A stretch of DNA of 64,000 nt from assembly GCA_048885865.1 (NCBI GenBank), contig JBHLLF010000002.1, positions 96,001 to 160,000 of the forward strand, written 5' to 3'. The position numbers and the translations under genes were made by a program. The notes under the pieces are model-generated. The model searched no databases. It saw only the letters and a program-made list of their open reading frames with translations, and was not told the DNA's origin. Position 1 is the first letter of the stretch, and every line of letters begins with the position of its first letter. The stretch is from Candidatus Hermodarchaeota archaeon (GTDB lineage: Archaea > Asgardarchaeota > Thorarchaeia > Thorarchaeales > Thorarchaeaceae). Shown piece after piece: positions 30,040-38,999 of the stretch.

Positions 30040-30118
30040 GTGGTGGGTTGCTAGCAGGGATCTGGTATTTTGCTATCAAAGATACCACACCCAACGAAGC
30101 CTTGCTGGCTCTCACCAC
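30040..30118 (+). ncRNA. Long imperfect hairpin (putative small RNA or cis element)
   Basis: Three stacked helices of 8, 10 and 9 bp with G-U pairs on the + strand and an asymmetric internal loop. Confidence 0.4.
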
Positions 30119-30180
30119 TTTGAGCTATATACCCTCACCTAGCTACAAGTTAATCCTACATTGGCAATTTAAAGCCCTCA

Positions 30181-30582
30181 CTAGCCGGGAGCACTGTCAG
30201 CAAGATGCTTCATCGTTGCTAGAACTCGAATCACGTCACTAGTACTCACTACGCCGATAATCGAATCCCCTTCTATAACGGGAAGACACCTCACACCTGC
30301 CTGATTCATTACAGCTATGGTCTGACCTAAATCAGCATCTGGACTTATCGTAATGACAGGACTTGTCATAACATCCTCGACAGTGAGTGAACCATATGCA
30401 TCGTCCGAGAGCAGCCGTGCACCGATAATCTCTTTCCTTGTTACCATGCCTGCTAGGACATCCCCCTTCGTTACAATGAGACTGCCTATATCCTCAGCTG
30501 CCATAAGCTTCGCCGCTTCTTTTACCGGTGTTTCAGCCTCTGATGTGACAATCAGAGACGTCATGAAGTCTCGGACGCGCAC
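30181..30582 (-). CDS. CBS domain pair protein
   Basis: VRDFMT..., IGSLIV..GMVT, VEDVMTSPV.., LPVIE..GVVS. Confidence 0.92.
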   Translation of the reverse strand: MRVRDFMTSLIVTSEAETPVKEAAKLMAAEDIGSLIVTKGDVLAGMVTRKEIIGARLLSDDAYGSLTVEDVMTSPVITISPDADLGQTIAVMNQAGVRCLPVIEGDSIIGVVSTSDVIRVLATMKHLADSAPG

Positions 30583-30616
30583 CTTTGTTCCTCCTTTGCA
30601 GTATGTGTTGAATGAG

Positions 30617-31216
30617 TTACATCTCCGAGCTCTTCTTCTCGGCTCGGGTCTGTCTCAAGACGAGCTTAGCTAGCTTGTCAAATACGTCAGTGACAGCAGC
30701 TCCTGTTTTTGCGCTCGTTTCATAGTAATCAGCTTGAAACCAGTCACGTAGCATCAACCCAGGTTCTACGGGAACTATTCTACTATCCAATAGGTCAACC
30801 TTGTTGGCTGCAATCACAACAGCCGCATTAGGACACGTTTCACGAAATGATTCGAACCAGTTGTTCATAGCCATGAATGTTTCAGGACGTGTCACATCAT
30901 ATGCAATTATAGCTCCGGATGAACCCTTCATAAACTGTCTACGCAACTCTCGATAAGTGGTCTGACCCCCCATATCCCAGACTATCAATCGTACTTGTCT
31001 GGTCTGGCCCTCATCATCAGTCACGCTAACATCCTTAGAGGCAAAGGTGGTTCCAATGGTCTGCTTATAGTCCTCGTCAAACGAGTTCTCAGTGAACCTT
31101 CTAATTAGTGAAGTCTTGCCGACGGCGGCCTCACCCAGGAGAACTACTCGGAACTTAAACTCATCAGACGAGTCGTCTGAGGAGTCTGCTGCTGAGGGTG
31201 TTGGACCTTCCGTCAT
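30617..31216 (-). CDS. Rab-like small GTPase
   Basis: GEAAVGKT, YKQTIG, WDMGGQ, NKVD, ETSAK. Confidence 0.93.
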   Translation of the reverse strand: MTEGPTPSAADSSDDSSDEFKFRVVLLGEAAVGKTSLIRRFTENSFDEDYKQTIGTTFASKDVSVTDDEGQTRQVRLIVWDMGGQTTYRELRRQFMKGSSGAIIAYDVTRPETFMAMNNWFESFRETCPNAAVVIAANKVDLLDSRIVPVEPGLMLRDWFQADYYETSAKTGAAVTDVFDKLAKLVLRQTRAEKKSSEM

Positions 31217-31323
31217 TCATTGGTGCCCCTTTTCAGGGTGCGCTCTGCACCTGATGCCAGAATCTGTCTGCTAGTTCTTATATCTTTTCTGCGGGCAGTA
31301 GCTGAGTGGTCTAATTGACCCCG

Positions 31324-32988
31324 CTACCATTTGCCATCCCTTGGAAGGAATATCTCAAAGGCCAAAGTGGGAGTACCCAGCTCAAGATTGGCGAGAACTT
31401 CTGGAGATACCTCACCAAACAAGCCAATTGGTTCCCCATCCAGTAGAATGTCTGCACTTCTTCCCTCGATGAAGGTCGGATCCTCTCTTCTTCTATAGGC
31501 AAACCGGCCATCCAATCCCAAGTTCCTTAGGAGGAATCCAATATCAGTTGCCATATTTGTGATGTTGACAGCTGTGTCTGTAACAAGTCCACACACAGAT
31601 GGGATTTGCTGTATTCGAGTTTCCATCATCTCATCAGGAATAGCAACATCTCCAACCTCGAAGATTTTCTGTGGATATTCCGCATGCTGATTTTGAGCAG
31701 CAAAGCCAAGAGCAATTGGGAGAAGTGAGTTCCTCAGAACTGAATAATCCCTGCTTTTGGGATTACCAGTGACAACCAATGGTCGGTCTCTGAGCACCTT
31801 CTTATTCAATAGTTCTGGCGAACTCATGATGTAACTCATAATCTCTTGATATCCTACTCCAACCATGAGGTCACGGACCTTATTCCTCATTCCAGTCACT
31901 GGCTTCGCTTTGCCGGTAGTCATCGTCTGTGGCATGGCGGGTACTATTCTATCGAAACCATAGCCAATTGCTATATCTTCAATGATATCGACAGGGTGCA
32001 AGACATCAACTCTGTAACTCGGTATTTGAACCTCAAATTGTCCGCCCTTTCGGAGTTTCGTATCGTATCCGGCCCTGCTCAGTGCATCAATGATCTCGTC
32101 TTTATCAAGACCTAATCCAGTCAACTGGTTGACCTCATTTATGGATACCATCATGATTTCCGGTGAGAAATTGGGCGTTTCATGCTCGGTGCCGTCAGGA
32201 TAGACAACAGTGAGCGATTCAACTCTACCACCTCTCTCTGCCAGTGAAGCGGTCATGATATTCAGTGCCTGATTGATTGTGGGTAGATGTGTGCCAGTCA
32301 CCTCTACAAAGAGATTGTTTGTTTCGGTAGTTATTCGGCCTAGGTGATTGCTGTTAATGATTGGAGGGAGGCTCAATACCTTTCCCTCGGAATCGTGGAG
32401 CAGAGGCCATTTCTTGAAACCTGAAATGATTGAGCCATAATCAATCCCTTTCTCATGGTCTGAGATGATTGTTGGGCCATCCATCTCAATCTCATAGCCT
32501 AGCGGAACGAACCTGATTTTTTCTGGCCTTTCAGGGCTATAGATTAGAGGGAATTCCATCTCATCGAAAACGTAGAGACCTATGCTGGCCTTCTTTCTGT
32601 TTCTTCCATGAGTCGATGTGAGTGCCTCTTGAAGATGCATATACTCCTTGATCAATTCGTCGCTGGTTTCAACTCCTTTCACAATTGAGCATACAAGATA
32701 TGGTCGTATCTTTGCGAGACCAGGTTTGACAAGTGCCTGAAGCCCCGATTTCTTCACCTTGTAGTCCCGGAGTCCCGAATCAATACGAAGGAATGACCTT
32801 ACAGCCCTTGCAATGCCTTCTGTTGAAAGCATGTCCTGTCTGTCAGGATTTATCTCAATCTCTATGATATTGCCATCAATCTTCTCAACTTCTGCTTTGA
32901 TTAGAAACAAGGCGTCTTCGAGATTCTTAATTGACATCTTCTTCCCGATTAGCCCAAGGAGGTCATCGATTCTGCTTTCCACTATCAT
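31324..32988 (-). CDS. pheT: Phenylalanine--tRNA ligase beta subunit (archaeal type)
   Basis: NPDRQDMLSTEGIAR, SLPPIINS, YRVDVLHPVDIIEDIAIGYG. Confidence 0.96.
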   Translation of the reverse strand: MIVESRIDDLLGLIGKKMSIKNLEDALFLIKAEVEKIDGNIIEIEINPDRQDMLSTEGIARAVRSFLRIDSGLRDYKVKKSGLQALVKPGLAKIRPYLVCSIVKGVETSDELIKEYMHLQEALTSTHGRNRKKASIGLYVFDEMEFPLIYSPERPEKIRFVPLGYEIEMDGPTIISDHEKGIDYGSIISGFKKWPLLHDSEGKVLSLPPIINSNHLGRITTETNNLFVEVTGTHLPTINQALNIMTASLAERGGRVESLTVVYPDGTEHETPNFSPEIMMVSINEVNQLTGLGLDKDEIIDALSRAGYDTKLRKGGQFEVQIPSYRVDVLHPVDIIEDIAIGYGFDRIVPAMPQTMTTGKAKPVTGMRNKVRDLMVGVGYQEIMSYIMSSPELLNKKVLRDRPLVVTGNPKSRDYSVLRNSLLPIALGFAAQNQHAEYPQKIFEVGDVAIPDEMMETRIQQIPSVCGLVTDTAVNITNMATDIGFLLRNLGLDGRFAYRRREDPTFIEGRSADILLDGEPIGLFGEVSPEVLANLELGTPTLAFEIFLPRDGKW

Positions 32989-34506
32989 CTATAGCACCTC
33001 CCGGATGAAGCTGGCCTTTCTTAACCAACCGAGATCCCTGGAGAATAGGTCTCTAATGTCATTGATTCCCATGGCGGCCATATACAGACGTCCAGAGCCT
33101 AAACCCCACGCTAGAACTGTGTCCTTGATTCCAAGAGGATATGTCACCTCGGGTCTGAAGATTCCTGATCCACCAAGCTCAATCCAGCCGAGTTTCTCAT
33201 GCTTGCCAAAGGTTTCCACGCTTGGTTCTGTGAATGGGAACTGGCCTGGCTTGAACTTGAGCTTTTCAACTCCCACAGCATTGCAGATAGATTTCAGATA
33301 TCCTAGGAGATCCCTCAGTGTGAGACCCTTGTCCATGATTATTCCCTCGCACTGATTGAACTCCTGTGCATGCGTTGCACTCAGAGTTTCTGACCTGAAG
33401 TTGCGATCTATTATGAACATCTTCTGAGGGCTCTCTCTATGTTCCCAAAGATATCTCATCGAGACTGGTGTGGTATGAGGGCGAAGACAGAGCCTTGTTG
33501 AAATCTCTTTGCTAAATGGCCAGTCCCATCCCTTCGACCCTGTATCTCCTCCATTCTCATGCACAGCCTTTACGGCACGATAGTATTTGGCGTCCCTGAT
33601 ATCTCCGTGATCATATGGTGATTCAATCCTGAACTGGTCTTGGACTTCACGAGCAACATGATCCTGAGGTACGAACAATGCGTCGTGTGCCCAGAACTCG
33701 GTTTCCACAAAAGGACCATTCCATTCTGTAAATCCTAGTCCAATCATGATCTCTCTCAGCCAATCATTGAACTCAACATATGGATGCTTCTTGCCATAAT
33801 ATGCGTAGGCAGGCTCCAACTCGACATTAAACGGTCTGAACACTTTCCCTTCCCATGTTCGGGCGCTCAGCATTTCTGGTGTCAAATCTATGATGCCGCT
33901 GAATTCTTCGCTAAGCAGCTTCTCTGCTGCTGCTCGTGTTTCTTCAGCAACCTTTGCAAGAAACATCTTTGATGTTTTAGCTGAAATGAGCGATCTTTCT
34001 AAAGCAGTCTTCACGGATGCCTCATACCTTCTTGGGAATCTATGCTCTCCCCTGAGAATCTTCGAAAGCACGCTCTCAATTGGAGTTTCAATACTTTCAG
34101 CATTTGCAGAAAGGACTGTTGTTCCGCTTTCCTTCGATATTGCGAGCCATCCATTCTTTCTTGTCCAGCTCAGAGCAATTCCCTTGGATTCCGGCGATAT
34201 CCCGCTAATAGATATGGCCTCCTCCAACTTGGCTCGTCCGCCAAGCTTCACAACTGCACGAAACAGCCTGACCTCAGGAAGCCCATTCTCTGCATAGTCT
34301 AGCCCCTCCTCCGTGAGGTAGTATGATGCAATCTCTTCCGTATTGAGTTCAATTAGCCCCTTTTGTGAGAGGGAGTTGAAAATTGATACAACCCGCTCTT
34401 CATTTTCGCCAAGTCTTTTGGCGATGATTTTCGATGTTATTCTCTCACTGCTATCGACTAATTGCTCAAGAACTGCTCTTTCTCCTTTTGTCAGCTGCTC
34501 GGTCAT
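32989..34506 (-). CDS. pheS: Phenylalanine--tRNA ligase alpha subunit
   Basis: PQDHVARE.QD, LRPHTT, FPFTEPS, GIFRPE, AWGLG. Confidence 0.97.
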   Translation of the reverse strand: MTEQLTKGERAVLEQLVDSSERITSKIIAKRLGENEERVVSIFNSLSQKGLIELNTEEIASYYLTEEGLDYAENGLPEVRLFRAVVKLGGRAKLEEAISISGISPESKGIALSWTRKNGWLAISKESGTTVLSANAESIETPIESVLSKILRGEHRFPRRYEASVKTALERSLISAKTSKMFLAKVAEETRAAAEKLLSEEFSGIIDLTPEMLSARTWEGKVFRPFNVELEPAYAYYGKKHPYVEFNDWLREIMIGLGFTEWNGPFVETEFWAHDALFVPQDHVAREVQDQFRIESPYDHGDIRDAKYYRAVKAVHENGGDTGSKGWDWPFSKEISTRLCLRPHTTPVSMRYLWEHRESPQKMFIIDRNFRSETLSATHAQEFNQCEGIIMDKGLTLRDLLGYLKSICNAVGVEKLKFKPGQFPFTEPSVETFGKHEKLGWIELGGSGIFRPEVTYPLGIKDTVLAWGLGSGRLYMAAMGINDIRDLFSRDLGWLRKASFIREVL

Positions 34507-34807
34507 ATGTCTATCAAAACTCCTGAGCTTGTATTTTGATGCTTGGAATGACCCGCCTTATACAAACTAAGGTCATAGAAAAAGCAATCCATTGCTATAA
34601 TGATGTAAATTGGCGGTACATCCCTTCTTCACCTATCTACTGCAGGCTCAGTTGTGTCTACCTTTTTAACTTGTCGCCATTGCTTGGGAATGTCTGCTAC
34701 GTAATGTTAAAATACGGACATACATGCGATGACCGTGGCGGTTGCCTGACGGCCACTAGTTCTTATAGAAATCCGTCAATTTAGCAGAGAATAAGAGGTG
34801 AAATAGA

Positions 34808-35887
34808 ATGTCTGCCGAGCGTCAAAAGCTCAAGAGGAAGGTCCAACAGCTCAAGGCACTCCAAGGTAGGCATAGCTCTTTCACCACGCTCTACATCCCA
34901 CCGGCAAAAAGCCTAGTTGATGTTACTGGATTTGTAAAAGCGGAGCTGGCTGGGGCTGACAACATCAAGAGTAAAGCGAACAGAAAGAATGTGCAAGACA
35001 ATCTCACAGCAATTCTGAGTGAGCTCAATATGATCACAGCTATGCCTGAGAATGGCATGGCGTTCTTCTTTGGCATTATGGAAGAAGGTGGCACAACCGA
35101 AGAGATCCGGGAGATAGTCATTCCTCCTGCACCAATCTCACAGTTCACCTACATCTGTGGTCGTGAGTTCATAACCGATGAACTTGAAGAAATGACCCTG
35201 CCCAAGAGCTTAGTCGTCATAACTCTGATTGAGGGCGGAAAGGTTACCATTGGATACCTGCGTGGTAAGCACATGGAACTCGTCCGCGATGAGGACTTCT
35301 ACATCATAGGAAAGACTCGTGCAGGCGGTCAGAGTGCTAAGCGATATTTGCGTATCAGAGAGGAAAAGATGTTGGAGTTCTTCCGACATGTGGGTAGAAT
35401 GCTGAAGGACCTCCTGCTTGATAATATTGACAACGTGGATGCGATTGTGCTTGGCGGTAACACAATAAGATGTCAGGAATTCCTGGAGAAAGGTGACCTA
35501 GACTATCGAATTCGAGAGAAGATTGCAGAAACCATTATTCCAGTAAGCGTCATAGATGAAACCGGACTCTATCAAGCAATGAAAGAGGCATCCCGGCTTC
35601 TCAAGGAAACCGAGATTTATGCTGAGCGTCAGATATGGGATGGATTCATGGAAGCTCTCATGAAGGGGGAGAATGATGTTGCATATGGCGAAAAGGAAGT
35701 GCTGGATGCTCTCAGGGCCGGCCGCGTTGAAACAATAATGGTCACTGAAGATAACACTGACCTCATAGATTCTCTATATAATGAGATTGGTGACTACGGC
35801 TCTGAATTGATGGTATTCTCTGCTCAAACAGAATCAGGTGCACAATTGAAATCATTCGGAGGCGTTGCTGCGCGCCTTCGTTGGTAA
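34808..35887 (+). CDS. prf1: Peptide chain release factor aRF1 (short form)
   Basis: NIKS, YICGREF (YxCxxxF), GGQS, FGGVAARLRW. Confidence 0.9.
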   Translation: MSAERQKLKRKVQQLKALQGRHSSFTTLYIPPAKSLVDVTGFVKAELAGADNIKSKANRKNVQDNLTAILSELNMITAMPENGMAFFFGIMEEGGTTEEIREIVIPPAPISQFTYICGREFITDELEEMTLPKSLVVITLIEGGKVTIGYLRGKHMELVRDEDFYIIGKTRAGGQSAKRYLRIREEKMLEFFRHVGRMLKDLLLDNIDNVDAIVLGGNTIRCQEFLEKGDLDYRIREKIAETIIPVSVIDETGLYQAMKEASRLLKETEIYAERQIWDGFMEALMKGENDVAYGEKEVLDALRAGRVETIMVTEDNTDLIDSLYNEIGDYGSELMVFSAQTESGAQLKSFGGVAARLRW

Positions 35888-35890
35888 TCA

Positions 35891-36304
35891 TTATTCCTTC
35901 GGAATGCGTGGTATTTCACGAAGCATGTCTATATCCTCAGCCCATGCTACAAGCTCTTTGCCCATATTCTCCAAGTACTGAAGGAGAACGACTTGATATT
36001 TGTGCAGATGATGTTGCTCTAGTTTCTTCTGCTTCTCAACAAAATCTCTTACTCTTCTAGGAAGTCCTGCGCTCCATCGCCTGACAGCCATTTCGGCCTT
36101 CCGATCGCCAAGAACCCTCTTAGCCGTCCTCGACCTCCGTTTCAAAACCAGAATGTGTTCAAGAGTCCTCTGAACTGCAATTATGGCTGCGACAAGTTCC
36201 TTTGCATCGGCCTTAAGGCTCTCATTTCGAGTTGTGTAGTATATCTCTTTGATAAGTCGCTTGGCTTTGATCACGTAGTTCAGCAGTTCTATCATCTCTT
36301 GCAT
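35891..36304 (-). CDS. Helical hypothetical protein
   Basis: ORF to 36397; ATG 36304 is preceded by GGAGG; co-oriented downstream of the Cas4-like pair. Confidence 0.7.
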   Translation of the reverse strand: MQEMIELLNYVIKAKRLIKEIYYTTRNESLKADAKELVAAIIAVQRTLEHILVLKRRSRTAKRVLGDRKAEMAVRRWSAGLPRRVRDFVEKQKKLEQHHLHKYQVVLLQYLENMGKELVAWAEDIDMLREIPRIPKE

Positions 36305-36342
36305 GCTTTTAGCCTCCACATCTAGAGAGATTACTCTTTTGC

Positions 36343-37008
36343 CTATGCAGCTGAGCGGTTGCAGATGCCGTTTCTTCCATACGGACAGGCTCTGCACTTC
36401 TCTTTGCTAGGACTGGCCTTCGGTTTTCTCCCCTGATACCAGACCTCATCAAGTTTTGCCAAGGCCTTCAAAACTTGCCTCTGATTGAATCTTCTGCTAT
36501 ATACCATCGCATCTCCACATGACACGCAATCAACCTGATTTTTCCCGATACAATTCTTTGCAGTCCTCTGCGAACAATATACGAGAACCAGCCTTGCACT
36601 GGCACATGAAACTCCAGTTTCCATAAGGGCAAGTGCGTATAGCCCTGCTTGGAAGAGGTCCTCTTCCCTGGGCTTAAGCGGACTATGTTTCATGGGGAAC
36701 TTCCGTTCTATGATGGCATCAAGCACTGGTACCTCTTCCCAATGCAGGACAGCGTTGTCAAACCTACCATTGAACCTGTGTCCCAATGAATAGACTGATT
36801 GTTCACTGAATAGAAAGGACCTTTTGGATTCTGGCTTCCTTCTTAATCTGAGGAACTCTTGAAGTGTCCATCTACTTGTTTCCGCACCTCTTATGCGCCT
36901 TCCACTTGAAAGGAGGATTCCTCCGGAGTTCATATAGATTAAGGCAAAAACGCCTCCAATGAACATGAAAAATAGAATGCCATTTGTGAATGGGTCCATT
37001 TGCATCAT
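36343..37008 (-). CDS. Cas4-like PD-(D/E)xK nuclease, C-terminal part, with N-terminal TM helix
   Basis: GRFD, IERK, QAGLY (QxxxY), C-terminal CRACPYGRNGIC; start overlaps the upstream stop (ATGA). Confidence 0.75.
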   Translation of the reverse strand: MMQMDPFTNGILFFMFIGGVFALIYMNSGGILLSSGRRIRGAETSRWTLQEFLRLRRKPESKRSFLFSEQSVYSLGHRFNGRFDNAVLHWEEVPVLDAIIERKFPMKHSPLKPREEDLFQAGLYALALMETGVSCASARLVLVYCSQRTAKNCIGKNQVDCVSCGDAMVYSRRFNQRQVLKALAKLDEVWYQGRKPKASPSKEKCRACPYGRNGICNRSAA

Positions 37009-37259
37009 CCCACCACCCATAGAACAGCTGCTGCTATAGTTCCAATCAAAATCAATGCTCTAATCAAACGACTGAACGATCGGACAGGTTTTGGATTCAA
37101 CCCCACTTCGCGATGAAGTCGTTCGCCATCTCTACTAGCTTCAGAGGGGCTCTCTCGGCGCATCTGTAGTAATAAGAATCTATGTTCGCAGAGATACTGG
37201 ATGCGAAGTTCAGACACATCTCGATATCGTCCCAATGGGCCCCTCTTAGGATCCTTCAT
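37005..37259 (-). CDS. Cas4-like N-terminal fragment with C-terminal TM helix
   Basis: VSELRIQYLCEHR (first Fe-S Cys) and DGERLH (motif I His), then LILIGTIAAAVLWVVG. Confidence 0.65.
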   Translation of the reverse strand: MKDPKRGPLGRYRDVSELRIQYLCEHRFLLLQMRRESPSEASRDGERLHREVGLNPKPVRSFSRLIRALILIGTIAAAVLWVVG

Positions 37260-37451
37260 CCTTCATCTGATGATTGGTGTCCCATGAGCCCTCAAAAGGG
37301 GCACCGTTTTCGAATTTGGGTGGATAAGAGAATATACATAGGTCTGAGAAGTGTTTTACCTCAATATCGCAATCATAGGAGCTTTACTTATATTCGTGTG
37401 ACGTAAATCCTAGGATGTTAGACTTCACCAGCGGAGTCTGGGGAAACTCGA

Positions 37452-37883
37452 ATGGGTGATATGATGTCTGAAGACTACGATGGAGCTACGGCTGGCAGAG
37501 TTCTCGTTTTTGATGCCAACGAGACTGTAAGGTTTCCAGCACAATTCAAAGACGCCATGGGAACCAATAACGGGTTGATGGTGCTAGTACACAAGGACCG
37601 ACTCATCAAGATCTTCCCGCTCGAAGACAAAGAGGTAAGCTTTCTGTCGGTCGAGATTAAAAAACTTACAAATGACTTCTTAACACAGCTCTCGCAGGTC
37701 TTCAAATCAGCAGGCCTAGTCGATTTGCTATTTTCAACAGGTGTCTGCCTTCGTGGCACAAGATGTTTCTATGAGTGCTACTTCAATCCCGGACAGCTTA
37801 CGAATACTTTGGATGATCTGAGGAACGAACTTGCTGCACTAGAAGGTGTCAGCTATGTCCACATAGAGAATGTTCATTCATGA
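37452..37883 (+). CDS. Putative AbrB/SpoVT-like plus ACT-like regulator
   Basis: FDANETVRFPAQFKDAMG resembles AbrB; the C-terminal beta-alpha-beta-beta-alpha-beta ending LEGVSYVHI resembles ACT. Confidence 0.55.
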   Translation: MGDMMSEDYDGATAGRVLVFDANETVRFPAQFKDAMGTNNGLMVLVHKDRLIKIFPLEDKEVSFLSVEIKKLTNDFLTQLSQVFKSAGLVDLLFSTGVCLRGTRCFYECYFNPGQLTNTLDDLRNELAALEGVSYVHIENVHS

Positions 37884-37910
37884 TTTGAAATGGTGAGTTG
37901 CTGAGGGGAC

Positions 37911-38537
37911 ATGCAGGACATAGTCATAGACCTGATACTCCAGGGCTATCTAGGTTTGTTCATAGTCTGCTTGGCAATCAATCTGATACCGTTTATTAGC
38001 CCCAGCAATATGGTGCTGGCGGCTGTCGCCTATCTATTCATGTTTCCTGGCGAGCGACCCCTTTCTGAGGCCATCATAATTGCGGTTCAAATTGGGATTG
38101 TAGTTGCCCTCGCTGCAACAATATCAAAAGTCATTCTTTACTATGCAATGAGAGGATCACGTGTTGTTCTATCAAAGAGTATGCTAGCGAAGATCGACCT
38201 AGAGCGGGAAAGAGTAGAGAAGTGGGGGGCTATTGCTTTGCTCCTATCAGCCGGTTCTCCAGTGCCTGACGATCCAATCGTAATCTACTGCGGGCTCACT
38301 CAATATAGCGTTCCAAAATTCTTTGCTAGCTATTACATTGGGAAGGTGGCAGTCACCATTCCAGGGGCACTCATTGCATCAGCGGTGAGTTCGCTTTTCG
38401 GTTCAATGCCAAGTATTCTTGGCTCCATCGCATTGACAGCCATTATTCTTGGAATCATTTTCAAACGCAAGTCTGATGAAGGTCCCATTAATCAAGAAAC
38501 CGACACTCCTGAGGAATGGAAGGAAGAGCAGAATTAG
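37911..38537 (+). CDS. DedA/VTT-family membrane protein
   Basis: YLGLF..NLIPF.SP, SPVPDD, KFF...IGK motifs. Confidence 0.8.
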   Translation: MQDIVIDLILQGYLGLFIVCLAINLIPFISPSNMVLAAVAYLFMFPGERPLSEAIIIAVQIGIVVALAATISKVILYYAMRGSRVVLSKSMLAKIDLERERVEKWGAIALLLSAGSPVPDDPIVIYCGLTQYSVPKFFASYYIGKVAVTIPGALIASAVSSLFGSMPSILGSIALTAIILGIIFKRKSDEGPINQETDTPEEWKEEQN

Positions 38538-38595
38538 CAGATGTAGGAACTCTTAAGAGCTTCACAACGATGTAATCCTTCGCTCTGGTGGTAAG

Positions 38596-38991
38596 ATGGC
38601 AGGAAGAAGTACTGCAGAAATCAAGTGTGTGAAATGCAAGAATGTGTACGAGTTCGACGTTATTGATCACATCGACCTCTCGCAAGACCGCGACCTCGTG
38701 AAGAACCTGAAGGCTGGTAAAGCAAACCGTGTTCAATGCCCCAAATGCAAGAAGGTTCAGTATCTTGATCGGAGTCTAGTCATTAATTTTGAGCCAGAGA
38801 ATCTCATTGTCGTTTATGATCCCGCAGCAAAGAGGAAAGCAGTTCGGGAGGAACATGAGCGAGAATATCAGAACGTGATTGGATTCAATGAGATTCTAGA
38901 AGAGGTTGGAGAAGAAACCGAATTCAAGGTCATCTCCAAAATCGATGAGCTAAAGGGACTCGTGGTTGAATACATGAAAGCTTATGAATAG
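38596..38991 (+). CDS. CpXC-like zinc-binding protein
   Basis: CVKC...CPKC with CpXC-like spacing. Confidence 0.7.
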   Translation: MAGRSTAEIKCVKCKNVYEFDVIDHIDLSQDRDLVKNLKAGKANRVQCPKCKKVQYLDRSLVINFEPENLIVVYDPAAKRKAVREEHEREYQNVIGFNEILEEVGEETEFKVISKIDELKGLVVEYMKAYE

Positions 38992-38999
38992 AATAATGA

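Noticed and set aside
32986-32991. pheS-pheT read-through fusion (TAG-ATG in frame)
   Set aside because: Both subunits are complete and tight translational coupling is common in this window.
36343-37259. CRISPR-Cas locus
   Set aside because: No repeat-spacer array and no cas1/cas2 or effector genes in the window.
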